Part shown: in pieces, positions 10,536 through 25,361 of the stretch | How the letters are laid out: each line of letters opens with the position of its first letter | Numbering within the stretch: the first letter of the stretch is position 1 | Source: Flaccisagitta enflata | Taxonomy: Eukaryota | NCBI GenBank assembly: GCA_965153355.1 | Contig: OZ231126.1 | Coordinates: forward strand, 20,398,001 to 20,462,000 | DNA: 64,000 nt | Direction: 5' to 3' | The notes under the pieces: model-generated | The model's input: the letters and a program-made list of their open reading frames with translations, nothing else | Database searches by the model: none | Told to the model about the DNA's origin: nothing | Program-made: the position numbers and the translations under genes

Positions 10536-13500
10536 ATGTCGGCCTTTTCGGAAACAGCCCTGGAAACTAAACTGACCGAGCTGAACCCATCGCAGCAAAG
10601 TATTCAGACTCTCTCGTTGTGGTTGATTCATCATCGGAAACATGCTAAAAAAATCGTGGCAACATGGAAAAAGCTACTGGTTCAAAGTAAGTGCAATTAA
10701 AGAATTTACATGATTTTCTAAAGCTGAGATGATATTTCCGTCCAGCATGATAATTGACATGGTAATCGATGGGTGTTGTTTCTTAAATTCTTTGGGATTT
10801 TGAACACTTATTTTTTATGAGAACCTAGTTTATAAGAACATCAAGCCTTGAAATCACTCAAAAATTAAGAACAATGTAGTCTTTTACTTGTAGCTATCTT
10901 TATCTCTTTTGAAGGCTTCAGAAAAAAAATGACGTTTTTATAAAAAAAAAGTGTAAGCTCAGCGTACTCGCATCAACGAAATTCAACATTTCATTAACGA
11001 ACTACACATTTCATGAACGAATTCATTACCCAATTTACACAGAACAGACAAATCAACGATCGACACCCGCCACTGATCTAATTTAAAACCCCCAAAATTC
11101 GAATAAATTTCCTTTTCATCCCATCCCAAGTTCCGCAACCGAAGAAGTTGACGTTTCTCTACTTGGCCAATGACGTCATTCAAAATTCAAAGAAAAAAGG
11201 TCCAGAATTCTCAATGGAATTCGAGGGTAAGTTTGATATCATAGTGACCATCTCCACACTTTAATCCTCAGTTTTAGGCTGTAATACGTCATCTCTATTG
11301 TTAACAAGAAAATCAAATTGTAGCACGACCTCCAACGCCCTTCTTCAATGTCCTATATGGGTCCTTATCTATTTCTTATTTACTAGCTTTTCAGCACCAT
11401 TTGTCATACATGTAAATTTGATTCATAAACTTCTCAGGTGTTCTTCCATACGCGTTTCACAACGTTCTCAAGGACGCCGACGAGAAGACTCGCGGCTCGT
11501 GCCTCCGCCTGCTCACCATTTGGGAGGAACGCGGAGTCTACAGCGCCGGATTTATTCAGGCCATAAAACAGACCAAAGACTCGTCCGGGGGCGCCGGCGT
11601 TGATAGAGGCGGCGTCGCCGACTCCGCGGCCGGCGCAGGGGGTGCCAAAGGTAGGAACGAAATTGTTCCCATCCTGAAAAAGTCCCGGCCGGCCGATAAT
11701 AATTCCTCCGATGAAAATCAAAATAAAAAGCAACCTCGGAAAGGTAGAGAATTTCCCGCTTTTTACTATCGTCACCCATTAGACTTAATACCGCACTGGC
11801 CACGGCCATCGTTGTAGATTAGTGTTCAAATTTGGCTATATCGTTGCACAATTGACGCAACTAAGTGGAATGTATCATTTTTATGAAGGAACAGGGGGCC
11901 CAAAATTTGGATGATCGTCGATGTATTGACTGAAAAGATTTGTAGTTTATACTTGCTTCCCTACATCCGCTTGTTCTGTATCAGCATCATTTGCAAAGCC
12001 ATTTTTGAGGAAAAATGTGCAGCTAATCTTGCCAATTAAGCCAAAATATTCGTGTCAATCCAATTGTTACGCCGGCATTGTGGGCGATGTTTGTATCACT
12101 GCCCCGGCCCTGCCCCCGCTCTTTACTCTACTGCTAGTAGCTCTTCCCACTCGCACGCGACTTAAGGTTAAGATGTCGATCTAAGGGATGATGTTACAAA
12201 GTTGATATGTATTATCGAGCAATTGTTGCCTATCGCTTTTGTGTCGGCGCTGATGGAATGATTTTGCATGGTTTGTTGACTAGTTCGTAGTTTCCTAGAG
12301 CGTCCCCACCTTCCCTAGTCACTAGTTCATCCTAAATCCGTCCTCAGCAAAAGCCCCAAAGTCGAAAGGGAGAAGTCCTGAGCCCGATGACGACGAGTTG
12401 AAAGAAAAGAAAAAGCGTAAGAGCAAGTCCTCGACGAGCGCTACCGAATTTCCCCTCGACATTCTGAGGAAGGATTTGGAACAAGATGGGAAGCCAGAGG
12501 AAGAAGTCAAACCGCCCGAGGTGAGTTTTTCCCTCATTGTTAGCCATTTTTCGAATTATCGAGTGAATTGTCAAGACGCATGAGTTAAATGACACGTCAA
12601 AATTGTATTCATAGAACCACGAAAAGAGAGAGATAAGGATTGAAATTGAATCTAAATTGATTATGATTAACTCTGATTTGGTAATTTTGCCCTGCTCAGA
12701 TTATGACTATCAGTGCTGATGATACAAAGTGATTGGGGTTAGGATAAGGCAGTGACAGGTCTATGAAACTGTTAAAAGTACGTGTAGATCACCACCAACT
12801 CTTACTGAATTTAAGTTGATGTTGGAGTGATTTTCATTTGCTTGATAACGATCAGCCATAAGTTGATGCAACAAATATTCCATGCCATGACCATAAAGAA
12901 AGACAGTACTTCCAATTTCATTTTGTAAATGAGTAACCCATAAAACCAGCTCAGGAGTTATGGCCACGCTATCTAATCCTCCTTACTCCGCTCTACCCTC
13001 ACAGCCCATTGATCTGGTAAACGCTCTGCTTGAACTGGAAGCCTCCGCCTCCAACGATGAAGCCATTCGCGCCAAAATCGCTTCTTACCCCCCAAGCATC
13101 GCTGATGTCTCACTCCTCAAAAACTTGCAGAATAAATCTGAAGGAGAGAAGCTGAAAAAACAGGTATGGAGGCAATATGCTTTTCAATCATTGCCAATGA
13201 AGCTGAAGGTGGTTCTATTGCGCACACAAAAGGTCAATATTGGCCTGTACTGCACCATAAAGTAGGGTCACACGTGCATGGATAAGGGGTTTCAATCAAG
13301 GATTTTTCTCCGAGCCTCTTCAGGATTTGGGTGTCATAGCATATATAACACCCAATCATACTACCTTTGTTTTTATCTTTTACATTTGCAGGTGGACGAA
13401 GCTTCGTTGCTGCTGGCGGAATACAATGGTCGACTGATGGCGGAATTGGAGGAAAGAAAGGAAGTAGCGCAGATGCTAGCCGCGTTTATGAAGCAGCAGT

Positions 13501-14068
13501 TGGATAAAGTCGCGCAGGCCGAGAAACGACTTGAGGTTAGTTTAATGTTAAAACAGAATCAGTTTTCTCACACTGCCAAACGACTTACGACGATCAAGTG
13601 GCGTCTGATCATTTTACCACAGCTGCTTGCAGGCTAACCACTGGGTAATATGTAAATCAGTGAGATGAAACCTCCGGGGTTGCTTGGGGTTGCTTGAAGT
13701 TGATGTTATTGTTGGTCATGTTTCCTATGTTTCTAAGGACTATGTAGTGTAGCACTGTAGCAGTTGTTATTGTTGAACGTTGATGTTATGATGAAAGAAA
13801 GCAACACAAAGCACCGCGGGGGTTTAATCTCATCTCAGATTACCCAGTGCTCACCTTGTAGTTGTACGGAAAGCTCGAAAATTATGATTTGATGATTTTC
13901 TCTTTTTTTTTCATTTACAAGGACTTTAAGGCGAAGATGGAGAAAGTTATCAAAGTGCGTAAGGAATTACAGTCACACATTCAAAATCTGCCGGATTTGA
14001 ATTTGCTGCCGGATGTGACCACCGGCGGTCTCGCTCCTTTACCCTCAGCCGAGAAACTGTTTAATTAG
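10536..14068 (+). CDS. RPRD1B: Regulation of nuclear pre-mRNA domain-containing protein 1 (RPRD1A/B, CREPT/p15RS family), 7 coding exons, 360 aa
   Basis: Exons 10536-10686, 11131-11226, 11438-11650, 12348-12520, 13005-13163, 13392-13535 and 13922-14068. All introns are GT-AG and phases are compatible (1083 nt). CID domain MSAFSETALETKL...QTLSLWLIHHRKHA...KLTFLYLANDVIQNSKKKGPEF; CREPT coiled coil LLAEYNGRLMAELEERK; C-terminus LQSHIQNLPDL...LAPLPSAEKLF. Confidence 0.95.
10805..10953. mobile_element. Short MITE (CACTT..ATAAGAA family) in RPRD1 intron 1
   Basis: Near reverse complement of 47353-47506, with inverted termini CACTT...AAGTG. Confidence 0.8.
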
Positions 14069-15507
14069 CTTTTTTTCAGTCATCATCCGACTGTTCAATT
14101 TACCTATTGGGAGCTTCCTCATTTATTTTCTATGCATCTCTGCATATACTTCCATTTCCACCCTTTTCCCAAAAGCCATTCCCAGCTCTAACCCTCCTCC
14201 GTGTTGATATACAGATTTTGTTGGATACTCATCACCGTGCGAAAAGAACCTTTACTTAAAAAGTAGTAGGTTTAACATCTCATTTTCTCAATCGTATTCA
14301 TGTGTTATTGTGTCAACGAAGTGACGGCTTTATCAATACTGTTTTGTGATTCGAGAAGAAAATTTTTATGTTCCGTAATTCAGAAATGATAATCATCACT
14401 TCACACGTGCTAATTAAGAATGTAATTATTGAAAGTTAGCTCTGGCTAATTAATGGTCATATAATGATTTGTTCGCAAATTTAATACCAGATATGTCTTA
14501 AATTCTGTTTTCAAGAATTTTCCGTAATACAGTCCTTTATATAAATTTTCCAATGCTTCAACAATTTCTTTTCTTTAAAATTGCTAGGCTCCTGAGGCAT
14601 CTAGTTAGCCTGCTGAAGCGAACATGGGTCGACTTCATTGTTCCGATCAAAGAAATGGCTACCTTTAGACATTAACAAATACATCTATTATCATCAAACA
14701 TTTTTGGGGCTGAAAGAAAAGCTCGCCTCCAGCCGTAACTAAACGGGTTTCAGCAAGCAGTTGGCACGGCGAATGGCATTCTCCATACTTTACAATTGTC
14801 CATCTTGCTGACCGTGTTGACAAATGCCATGCTAACGGCCTTTTTACGCTTCGGTGCTGAAGTACCGGTGTAACCCGCAACATTAGTGAGCAGTGTGTCA
14901 CACGCTAGCTTCTTCGGGTTAAGGATATGTTGTAGTTCTCTTTCCAACTCCTCGCCCGCCGTTGACGTCGTGGAAGTCTTGACGAGATGCAATGGCCGCG
15001 ACCAAAGATTCCATTCTTCGTCCAAAATGTAGACCCTCCCGTCCGCGACTCTCAGGGAGACGATTTTGCCAACCGGCTTGTCACGATGGTTGGACGAGAA
15101 AAAGGGACTTCTTTTGCCTTTTGTCAAATCTGGAAAGGATGAAATTTGCAACGATTGAAATTCGTAAGGCGATCGAGCATGTCAATATGCCAAAGGTCTT
15201 TGGATTAAATTAACATTATAAGGGAGTATGTGGCACTGAGGCAGTAATTTTGAAATGTTTATTGGCCTTATTTGGTGTTATTAGTTTTTTTTTTATGAAA
15301 ATAAATGTTGTTAAAAACATACTTTGAAGGACTTATTTCTTTTTGAAATTAAGGTTAAATTTTTTTTTTTCGAACGAGTAAAAAAGTAGATTTAAAGTTT
15401 GGGTGTTGTGAAAGATGGACACAACGGACCTCTCCGTCATCTTACGCCATGAAAAGGACGGTTTCCCTGTCATCAACAGACTATATGAAATGGGACATAA
15501 GGGGAAA

Positions 15508-15510
<3 letters not shown>

Positions 15511-15585
<75 letters not shown>
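15511..15585. repeat. (CT)n microsatellite
   Basis: Direct reading. Confidence 0.95.
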
Positions 15586-15588
<3 letters not shown>

Positions 15589-15955
15589 GGACCTACAAAA
15601 CAAATCAGAAAAAAGCTGCCCTGTTGCGGTGCAGGGGGAAGTGATGGCCCGGTTTTGAGTGGGCATTAGGTTTTTAGGGTCCATGGGCCCCTGGATCGAT
15701 GGATTTGGGCGCACTTTGACCTCAGGGTGATGGTAAAAAACTAACAAAAAAAATCTTCTGTCAGTGAGCTGAGGCTCAACAGCCATCTCATCCCATTAAA
15801 GACTTTTTGTACACCAAATTAGGGCAAGAGATTCACCTGCTGAAGTGATATGGAATGCATAAATTCTGAAATACCTTTCTTTTTCCTTTCGGGCCAGGCT
15901 GGCCCGCGGAATTTGAATTGTAAAACCGATATTTTCATAAATAAAATTCAAGGAG

Positions 15956-15989
<34 letters not shown>

Positions 15990-16207
15990 GTCAGATCATA
16001 ATTCACTAGTGATCATTCTCGCGATGAAATGGGGCCAAGTAGGCCGATAGGTATGCGGGGTAGAAGATTTGCGTGACCAACTGACAGATACAACCAGTTA
16101 AAGAGGTGCGTTGGCGCACCCAAAACCAAGACTTTCGCAAAGTGATATGAACAAGATTATTGACGCTGGTGGATGAAATAATATCTTGCACAAAATTGGC
16201 CTCTCAG

Positions 16208-16529
16208 TTTTTTAGATGCGTCCTCGCATCTCTATAATAGGCTGTGTCCGTCTGTCTGTTGGTAACGCATTCATTAAAAACATCATATCAAGCATTATTT
16301 TAACAGAAAAGTGGTTCTGATCCAGTAAAAGAAGCATACATCTAGTAATTCATTCATTAAATCATTAATTCATTTACAAATGACATTCATTCATAAAAAA
16401 CATTCATTCATAAAAAACATTCATTCATAAAAAACATTCATTCATAAAAAACATTCATTTATAAAAAACATTCATTCATAAAAAACGTTCATTCAAAGAG
16501 GACGCATCGTTGGCCTACTTGGCCTTGTT
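16208..16529 (+). mobile_element. HINE-like element carrying a 17-bp minisatellite (CATTCATTCATAAAAAA x~6)
   Basis: TTTTAGATGCGTCCTCGCATCTCTATA hairpin start, subterminal inverted GAGGACGCATC, GGCCTACTTGGCCTTGTT end. Confidence 0.65.
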
Positions 16530-17057
16530 CGACACGAAGTTGATAAGAAAGATAGAATAAGTCATTTGATTTACACATGGTAACGGTATCTCTAGGTCCA
16601 TGAGTGTATGGCGCGGAAGGGCCGTCGGCAACCAGTTTTCAGTCTGACAGAGCTACAAGCTGAACAGGGTTTATTACTTCATTATTTTCAAATTATTAAT
16701 TATATTCTTATACAAGAAATAAAAGCATAATTTGATGGAAAAACATTCTCTCATTCTTACACCGAGTTTACTTTTCCTTTTTTTGTTTTTCTGTTTATTT
16801 TATTTTTTTCTATTTTTATTATCTCTTTCTACATGGGCTCAAGTCGGACAGGGGTGTAAGTCCAACAAACAGGGACGTCGGCCGACGTCCCTGACGTCCC
16901 TCCCCGTTCACCCATGTCTATAGCTTTGGAGGGGAAAGTATTCTAGCTTCTTTTAGAAAGTTGGATGACAGAGTGCGCAAAATTCCTAATAAGCGAATTT
17001 ATTCCATTTTTCACTGCCCATAGCAACGCATTTGATGCAACGGCATTTTGTGTTACC

Positions 17058-17521
<464 letters not shown>

Positions 17522-20500
17522 AAAGAGATGTTTTGCTAAGTTTTCGCATACTGCTCGGCAGACGAACCGGCGGACAAAGCCACTTAAAAGACCATGCGCA
17601 ATTTCAATTCCAATGGTTTTCTTCAATTAGCTTTGCAATTAAGTTTTCTACACCCCGCTATGTCGGTCGGTCGGTCCCCTTTTTGGGTGGCGGCCCAGAA
17701 GGGGTCGAAGACCTATGCTTTTACACACATGGGGAATTTCCTCCTCCTCCTCCTCCGTTTTTTTTACGAGAGCGTCATTTGTCTTATGCCTTCAAAAGAG
17801 AAGATAGATATAGCTATTAGTTAACTGACTTGGACGCTATTAGGTGCATAATCGCGTCTCTATAAGAAGGTCCGTCCGTCCGTTACGCCTCCTCTGATAT
17901 CCCGTGGATGACGGATCGATTCACCCGAAAAACAAGGCCAAGTAGGCCAACAAGGTGCGCCGTGTGGATCGTCGAACGAATGCGTTAGACCAACCGACCA
18001 ACCAACCAACCAACGGACACAGCCAGTTGCGTTGGCGCACCTAAAAATAAGTTTAATCTAAAATCGAAACCAGTGAGCGACCTTCTTTATTGTAGAGAAT
18101 GCATCCTGTGATTTCGGATGATTTTAGACGAGGATCAAACTGCGTCGGTTTGGCGGAAGTGGACTGTCTTGCCCGTCCCTGAGCATTGATAACAGGAATT
18201 GTTTTGGCACTGCCTATTTGTAAATCACGTTTAATAAACGACGTTTGTAATGTAATGTTGTAAGAAGTGTTTTGCCGCTATCAGTCTCATGGGACGTGCA
18301 AAGGATTTCTGAGAACGTCATTCAATCAGTCCCTTCCCTCTCTGCGCGGGTACGGTCTAGTAGGCCTAAGATACTTAGTCCTAGGGTTTTACAGTCCTAG
18401 GGTCTAATTGTCCTAAGGTCTAGTAGTCCTAGTCTATTAGTAATAAGGTTTACTAGTCCTAATAACAAGGTTGACTAGTCCTAAAGGGAATAAATAAGGA
18501 GGGTCTAATAGTCCTAAAGTAAAAGTTTTTCAGTACTAAGGTCTAGTAGTCCTAGAGTTGACTAGTCCTAAGGGAGGAGGTCTACTGGTCCTAATTGATA
18601 GCTGACATACACCCACGTGGTTGAGTGATCCCAGGGCACAGGGTTTACTAGTCCTAAATAAATAAAAGGCAAATCAATTATTTAGGACTAGTAGACCCTG
18701 TCACAGGGTCTACTAAACCTAAATTAAAGATTATCTGCTTGAGAGTTGACCTCATTATTAGGACTAATACACTTTAGCTGAGGGTTTGTTAGTTCTAACC
18801 AAAAATGGACAAATCAAGCATTTAGGACAAGTAGACCCTGTAACAGGGTTTACTAGTCCTAAAAAGTCAATGGACAAAACATTATAGGTGTATATATCAT
18901 ACTATTATCTTCTTGAAAATGAATGAAATATTATATGAATTAATTAGATATATACCCTTATAGTGTTTTATCCATTGACTGAAAATTAAAGATATCGTGT
19001 TTGTTAATCTATCCTATTATTAGGATCAATAGACCCTGGCTAAGGGTTTTCCAGTCCTTATCAAGAAAGGGCAGATCAAGTATTTAGGTTTAGTAGACCC
19101 TGTCACAGGGTTTACTAGCCCTACATAAGAAAAGAAGAAATCAAATATTTAGGACTAGTAGACCCTGTCACTGGGTTTACTAGTCCTAAATAAGTAAAAG
19201 GCAAATCAAGTATTTAGGACTAGTTACCCTGTTACAGGGTTTACTAGTCCTAAATTAAAGGTTTTGTACATGAAAGTCAATCTCATCCTTAGGATTAGTA
19301 GACCCTAGTTATGGGTTTGTTAGTCCTAATTAAGAAAGAGCAACTCAAATATTTAAGACTAGTACACCCTGTTACAGGGTTTACTACTCCTAAGCAGTCA
19401 ATGATCAAAACATTTTTAAGTATGTATATCATACTATTACTTCAGATCTAACTTCTTGAAAATCAATAAATTACTATTTGCAATGATTAGTGAATGAGAT
19501 TACATTTGGCTGTAATCTGATAAATCAAAATGTTAATGCAGGCTATAACTAACAACCAGTTGTGCTTACATTACAGCTAGCTTTAACACTTTTTGTAAAA
19601 TTACAGTAAGCTGTAATTTAAATCCCATGTTATTTCATACATTATCTTATTCTTTTTCAAGAAATAAAATTAAAGCTTATGTTATGATAAATACATCTAT
19701 AGTGTTTTGTCCATTGATTGTAAATTGAAGATTTGGTTATTAGGACTAGTAGGCCTTTCTTTAAGGACTTACCATGTTAGTCATTCAACTAGATTTTTGA
19801 TCTCAATATTTTTGTTTAGGACTAGTTAACCCTTGCACAACAAATATTCAGTGTCAGCCAACATAACTTTTACCTTTAGGACTATAAAACCCTCCTCTTA
19901 GGACTAGAGGACCCACTCATTTGTTTAGGACTAGTAGACCTTAGAACTAATGGACCCTATATCCCTATATCCTAGTTGCTTTTAAGACTTATAGACCCCA
20001 AACTTAGGACTATCTGACCCTCCTATGTCAAATGCTTTAGGACTAGTAAACCTTAGGACTAAAAACCTTAATACAAATTAATCTTAGGACTAGTAGACCC
20101 TATAGTCTAGGATGTTAATAAAAAATCTTGGCGTTTGTGGCACAAAGCGTGGAAATTTGCAAACAGGGTTAGTTTTTGGTGCTGAACAAGACCAGGATGG
20201 GTACACGTCAAAATTTTGAGTGTACCCATCTAAAAAATGCATTTTTTTCAAAAAAAAAAATTTCAAAACCGTGCTGTCGCTAGATACATGAACCAATTTG
20301 CATGAAATTTTAGGCAAAGTTAGATATGCCTTTTATCTACTTGCATGCAAAATTTCAGCCAAATCGGTTCAGTAGAAGCAGAGATATTGCATTTTAAAGT
20401 CTAGGCCTACTTTTTGAAAAAGGGCTATGTTTCATTTTTTGAGTAAAATTTTGAATTTTTGAGTTGTGAGTCTGAAATTTGTTTTGGGCATGTATAATGA

Positions 20501-22075
20501 CATGATTTACCTAAAAATGAAATTTTTTAAAAAAAATCTAGTATGTTTTTATTTTTTTGGCTAAAAAATCCAAAAATTGGGTTCTAAAATTTACACCCAA
20601 TTTTGAAAAATGGCTAATGCGGGGAAAAAATTTGAAATCTAGGTGCCCACTTGGGGTATTAGTTCTTAGTGAGTGTACAAACCTAATTCCAAAGTTTCAG
20701 GAGGGTACAATAACCCAAAAAGCCAAAAAAACCTTTTAAAGTTGGCAAAAAAAGGTCCCAAAATTTTGCACTTTTGGACACCCTGGCCTTTATGGCGCCG
20801 GTACGGCCAAACGACTTGAGACAGCTTTACCAAATTTGGCATACAAGTTCTCAAGGTTCAGGAGCTTCTTCATGCAAAATTTTGGATACCTAGCTGAATT
20901 TTAAGTACCGTTTTTTTCCAAAAAATGCTCAAAAAACGCTCAAAAAATCCAAAATTTGGTTTTTTTTGCCATATAGGCTGTTCTATGACCATCAGGATCA
21001 TGAAATTTGGCATGAATAAACATGTGCCCCACATGAACACACATGTCAAATTTCAAAAGCCTGGGTTTAATACTTTTGGAGATATTCAGTTTTGAAATTT
21101 TTCAAAATTTTGCATTTTTTGATTTTTGACATTTTTTTGAAAAAAATGAAAAATATACCTGCCAATTTTGTGAAAATGGACTTGCTAATTCATATGAAGT
21201 GTAACAACCTAATTCCAAAGTTTCAGAGGGGTACGATGACCCTAAGAGGCTAAAAAATGTTTCAAAGTTGGAAAAGAAGGTCCCAAAATTTTGCATTTTT
21301 GGACACCCTGGGATATTTGGTAACGCTACGGCCAAACAACTTGAGACAACTTTACCAAATTTGGCATACATGTTCTCAAGGTTCAGGCGCTTCTTCATGC
21401 CAAATTTTGGATATCTGACTAAGCTTTAACTACCATTTTTTTCAAAAAAATGCTCCAAAAATGCTCAAAAAATCCAAGATTTAGGTTTTTTGGCCATATA
21501 GGCTGTTCTATGACCATCAGGATCATGAAATTTGGCATGAATAAACATGTGCCCCACATGAACCCACATGTAAAATTTCAAAAGCTTGGGTTTAATAGTT
21601 TTGGAGATATTTGATTTTGAAATTTTTTCAAAAATTTCTAATTTTGGATTTTTTGACAGTTTTGAAAAACAAATCAAAAATATAATTGCCAATTTTGTGA
21701 AAATAGAATTTCCTAGTAATATGAAGTGTACCAACCTAATTCCAAAGTTTCAGGAGGGTACAATAACCCAAAAAGCCAAAAAAAAACTTTCAAAGTTGGC
21801 AAAAAAGGTCTCAAAATTTTGCATTTTTGGACACCCTGGGCTAATTGGTGCTGGTACGCCGAAATGACTTGAGACAGCTTAACCAAATTTGGCATACAAG
21901 TTCTCAAGGTTCAGGGGCTTCTTCATGCAAAATTTTGGATACCTAGCTGAATTTTAAGTTCCGTTTTTTTCCAAAAAATGCTCAAGAAACGCTCAAAAAA
22001 TCCAAAATTTGGTTTTTTTTGCCACATAGGCTGTTCTATGACCATCAGGATCATGAAATTTGGCATGAATAAACA

Positions 22076-22352
22076 GTTGAAGTGTCAACAAGTTGGAGAA
22101 GTAATGGAGACAGCCAAGGGCCCAACAGTTTAGCCTAGCCCTCCACCCTCCTGCCCCATTATAAAAGATAGGAAACTTTTGAGGCCAAAATCATTCCTAT
22201 ACATTTTCTATGGGAAATCAGGGGGGTGGAGGGCTAGGCTGAAACTGTTCCAAAGGCCCTGAAACTTGGCATACTATCTATTCTTATCATATTATGACAT
22301 TTCCTTCATCTGCAACTTGATCTGTTGACTAAAGTGCATTTCCCCCACCCCT
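22076..22352. mobile_element. 277-bp insertion with 8-bp TSD AATAAACA inside one repeat unit
   Basis: Sister units read GAATAAACATGTG uninterrupted. TSD at 22068-75 and 22353-60. Internal inverted repeat 22126-22153 / 22219-22249. Confidence 0.8.
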
Positions 22353-25300
22353 AATAAACATGTGCCCCACATGAACACACATGTCAAATTTCAAAAGCCT
22401 GGGTTTAATACTTTTGGAGATATTCAGTTTTGAAATTTTTCAAAATTTTGCATTTTTTGATTTTTGACATTTTTTTGAAAAAAATGAAAAATATACCTGC
22501 CAATTTTGTGAAAATGGACTTGCTAATTCATATGAAGTGTAACAACCCAATTCCAAAGTTTCAGAGGGGTACGATGACCCTAAGAGGCTAAAAAATGTTT
22601 CAAAGTTGGAAAAGAAGGTCCCAAAATTTTGCATTTTGGACACCCTGGGATATTTGGTAATGCTACGGCCAAACAACTTGAGACAACTTTACCAAATTTG
22701 GCATACAAGTTCTCAAGGTTCAGGCGCTTCTTCATGCCAAATTTTGGATATCTGACTAAGCTTTAACTACCATTTTTTTCAAAAAAATGCTCCAAAAATG
22801 CTCAAAAAATCCAAAATTTAGGTTTTTTGGCCATATAGGCTGTTCTATGACCATCAGGATCATGAAATTTGGCATGAATAAACATGTGCCCCACATGAAC
22901 CCACATGTAAAATTTCAAAAGCTTGGGTTTAATAGTTTTGGAGATATTTGATTTTGAAATTTTTTCAAAAATTTCTAATTTTGGATTTTTTGACAGTTTT
23001 GAAAAACAAATCAAAAATATAATTGCCAATTTTGTGAAAATGGAATTTCCTAGTAATATGAAGTGTACCAACCTAATTCCAAAGTTTCAGGAGGGTACAA
23101 TAACCCAAAAAGCCAAAAAAAAACTTTCAAAGTTGGCAAAAAAGGTCTCAAAATTTTGCATTTTTGGACACCCTGGGCTAATTGGTGCTGGTACGCCGAA
23201 ATGACTTGAGACAGCTTAACCAAATTTGGCATACAAGTTCTCAAGGTTCAGGGGCTTCTTCATGCAAAATTTTGGATACCTAGCTGAATTTTAAGTTCCG
23301 TTTTTTTCCAAAAAATGCTCAAGAAACGCTCAAAAAATCCAAAATTTGGTTTTTTTTGCCACATAGGCTGTTCTATGACCATCAGGATCATGAAATTTGG
23401 CATGAATAAACATGTGCCCCACATGAACACACATGTCAAATTTCAAAAGCCTGGGTTTAATACTTTTGGAGATATTCAGTTTTGAAATTTTTCAAAATTT
23501 TGCATTTTTTGATTTTTGACATTTTTTTGAAAAAAATGAAAAATATACCTGCCAATTTTGTGAAAATGGACTTGCTAATTCATATGAAGTGTAACAACCC
23601 AATTCCAAAGTTTCAGAGGGGTACGATGACCCTAAGAGGCTAAAAAATGTTTCAAAGTTGGAAAAGAAGGTCCCAAAATTTTGCATTTTGGACACCCTGG
23701 GATATTTGGTAATGCTACGGCCAAACAACTTGAGACAACTTTACCAAATTTGGCATACAAGTTCTCAAGGTTTAGGCGCTTCTTCATGCCAAATTTTGGA
23801 TATCTGACTAAGCTTTAACTACCATTTTTTTCAAAAAAATGCTCCAAAAATGCTCAAAAAATCCAAGATTTAGGTTTTTTGGCCATATAGGCTGTTCTAT
23901 GACCATCAGGATCATGAAATTGGCATGAATAAACATGTGCCCCACATGAACCCACATGTAAAATTTCAAAAGCTTGGGTTTAATAGTTTTGGAGATATTT
24001 GATTTTGAAATTTTTTCAAAAATTTCTAATTTTGGATTTTTTGACAGTTTTGAAAAACAAATCAAAAATATAATTGCCAATTTTGTGAAAATGGAATTTC
24101 CTAGTAATATGAAGTGTACCAACCTAATTCCAAAGTTTCAGGAGGGTACAATAACCCAAAAAGCCAAAAAAAACTTTCAAAGTTGGCAAAAAAGGTCTCA
24201 AAATTTTGCATTTCTGAACACCCTGGGCTATTTGGTGCTGCTTTGCCCAAATGACTTGAGACAGCTTAACCAAATTTGGCATACAAGTTCTCCATGTTCA
24301 GGCGCTTCTTCATGCAAAATTTTGGATACCTGACTGAATTTTGACTATCGGTTTTTTCAAAAAAATGCTCAATAAACGCTCAAAAAATCCAAAATTTGTT
24401 TTTTTTAGCCGTATAGGCTGTTCTATGACCATCAGGATCATGAAATTTGGCATGAATAAACATGTGCCCCACATGAACTCACATGCAAAATTTCAAAAGC
24501 TTGGGTTTAATAGTTTTGGAGAAATTTGATTTTTTGACATTTTTCAATATGAATTCAAAAATAGGCTTGCCAATTTTTCAAAAATGAACTTACTAATTCA
24601 CATGAAGTGTACCAACCTAATTCCGAAGTTTCAGGAGGGTACAATAACCCAAAAAGCCAGAAAAACCTTTCAAAGTTGGCAAAAAAAGGTCTCAAAATTT
24701 TGTATTTTTGGACAACCTGGGCTATTTGGTGCTGGTATGCCCAAACAACTTCAGTGAGCTTTACTAAATTTAGCATACAAGTTCTCAAGGTTAAGGCGTT
24801 TCTTCAGGCAGAATTTTGGATACCTGCCTCAATTTTTATTACTGTTTTTCCACAAAAAATACTCAAAAAACGCTTGAAAAATCCAAAATATGGTTTTTTT
24901 TTGCCATTTCCGCTATTCTGTGACCATCAGGATCATGAAATTTGGCATGAATAGACATGTGTCCCACATGAACCCACATGTAAAGTTTTAGAACTATAGG
25001 TGCAATAGTCTTGGGCTAGGCCATATAAACAATTAGAACAAGCATGCGTATTTAGCTACAAAATGACTAAGTTTGCCCTCAAAATTGGCTTGACTATCTA
25101 AATAGTTTTATCCCTTTTTTTAACTATTTCATAACATGGTAAAACAAAATACAAATTCATCACAACTGAATTCATCACAACTTCTCATGAAATATACCGT
25201 TTAATAAATTAAACACAATCAAGATACAGTCAAGTGACTGATTCAAAAAACCATATAATGGTCAATTCATTGTTGAAAAAAAAAACAAATAAATAACAAT

Positions 25301-25361
25301 GCCAATTTGCTGATAAGTTGGAACCTACATAAACTTAATTTTCAATGGTTCAGTGTTAAAA

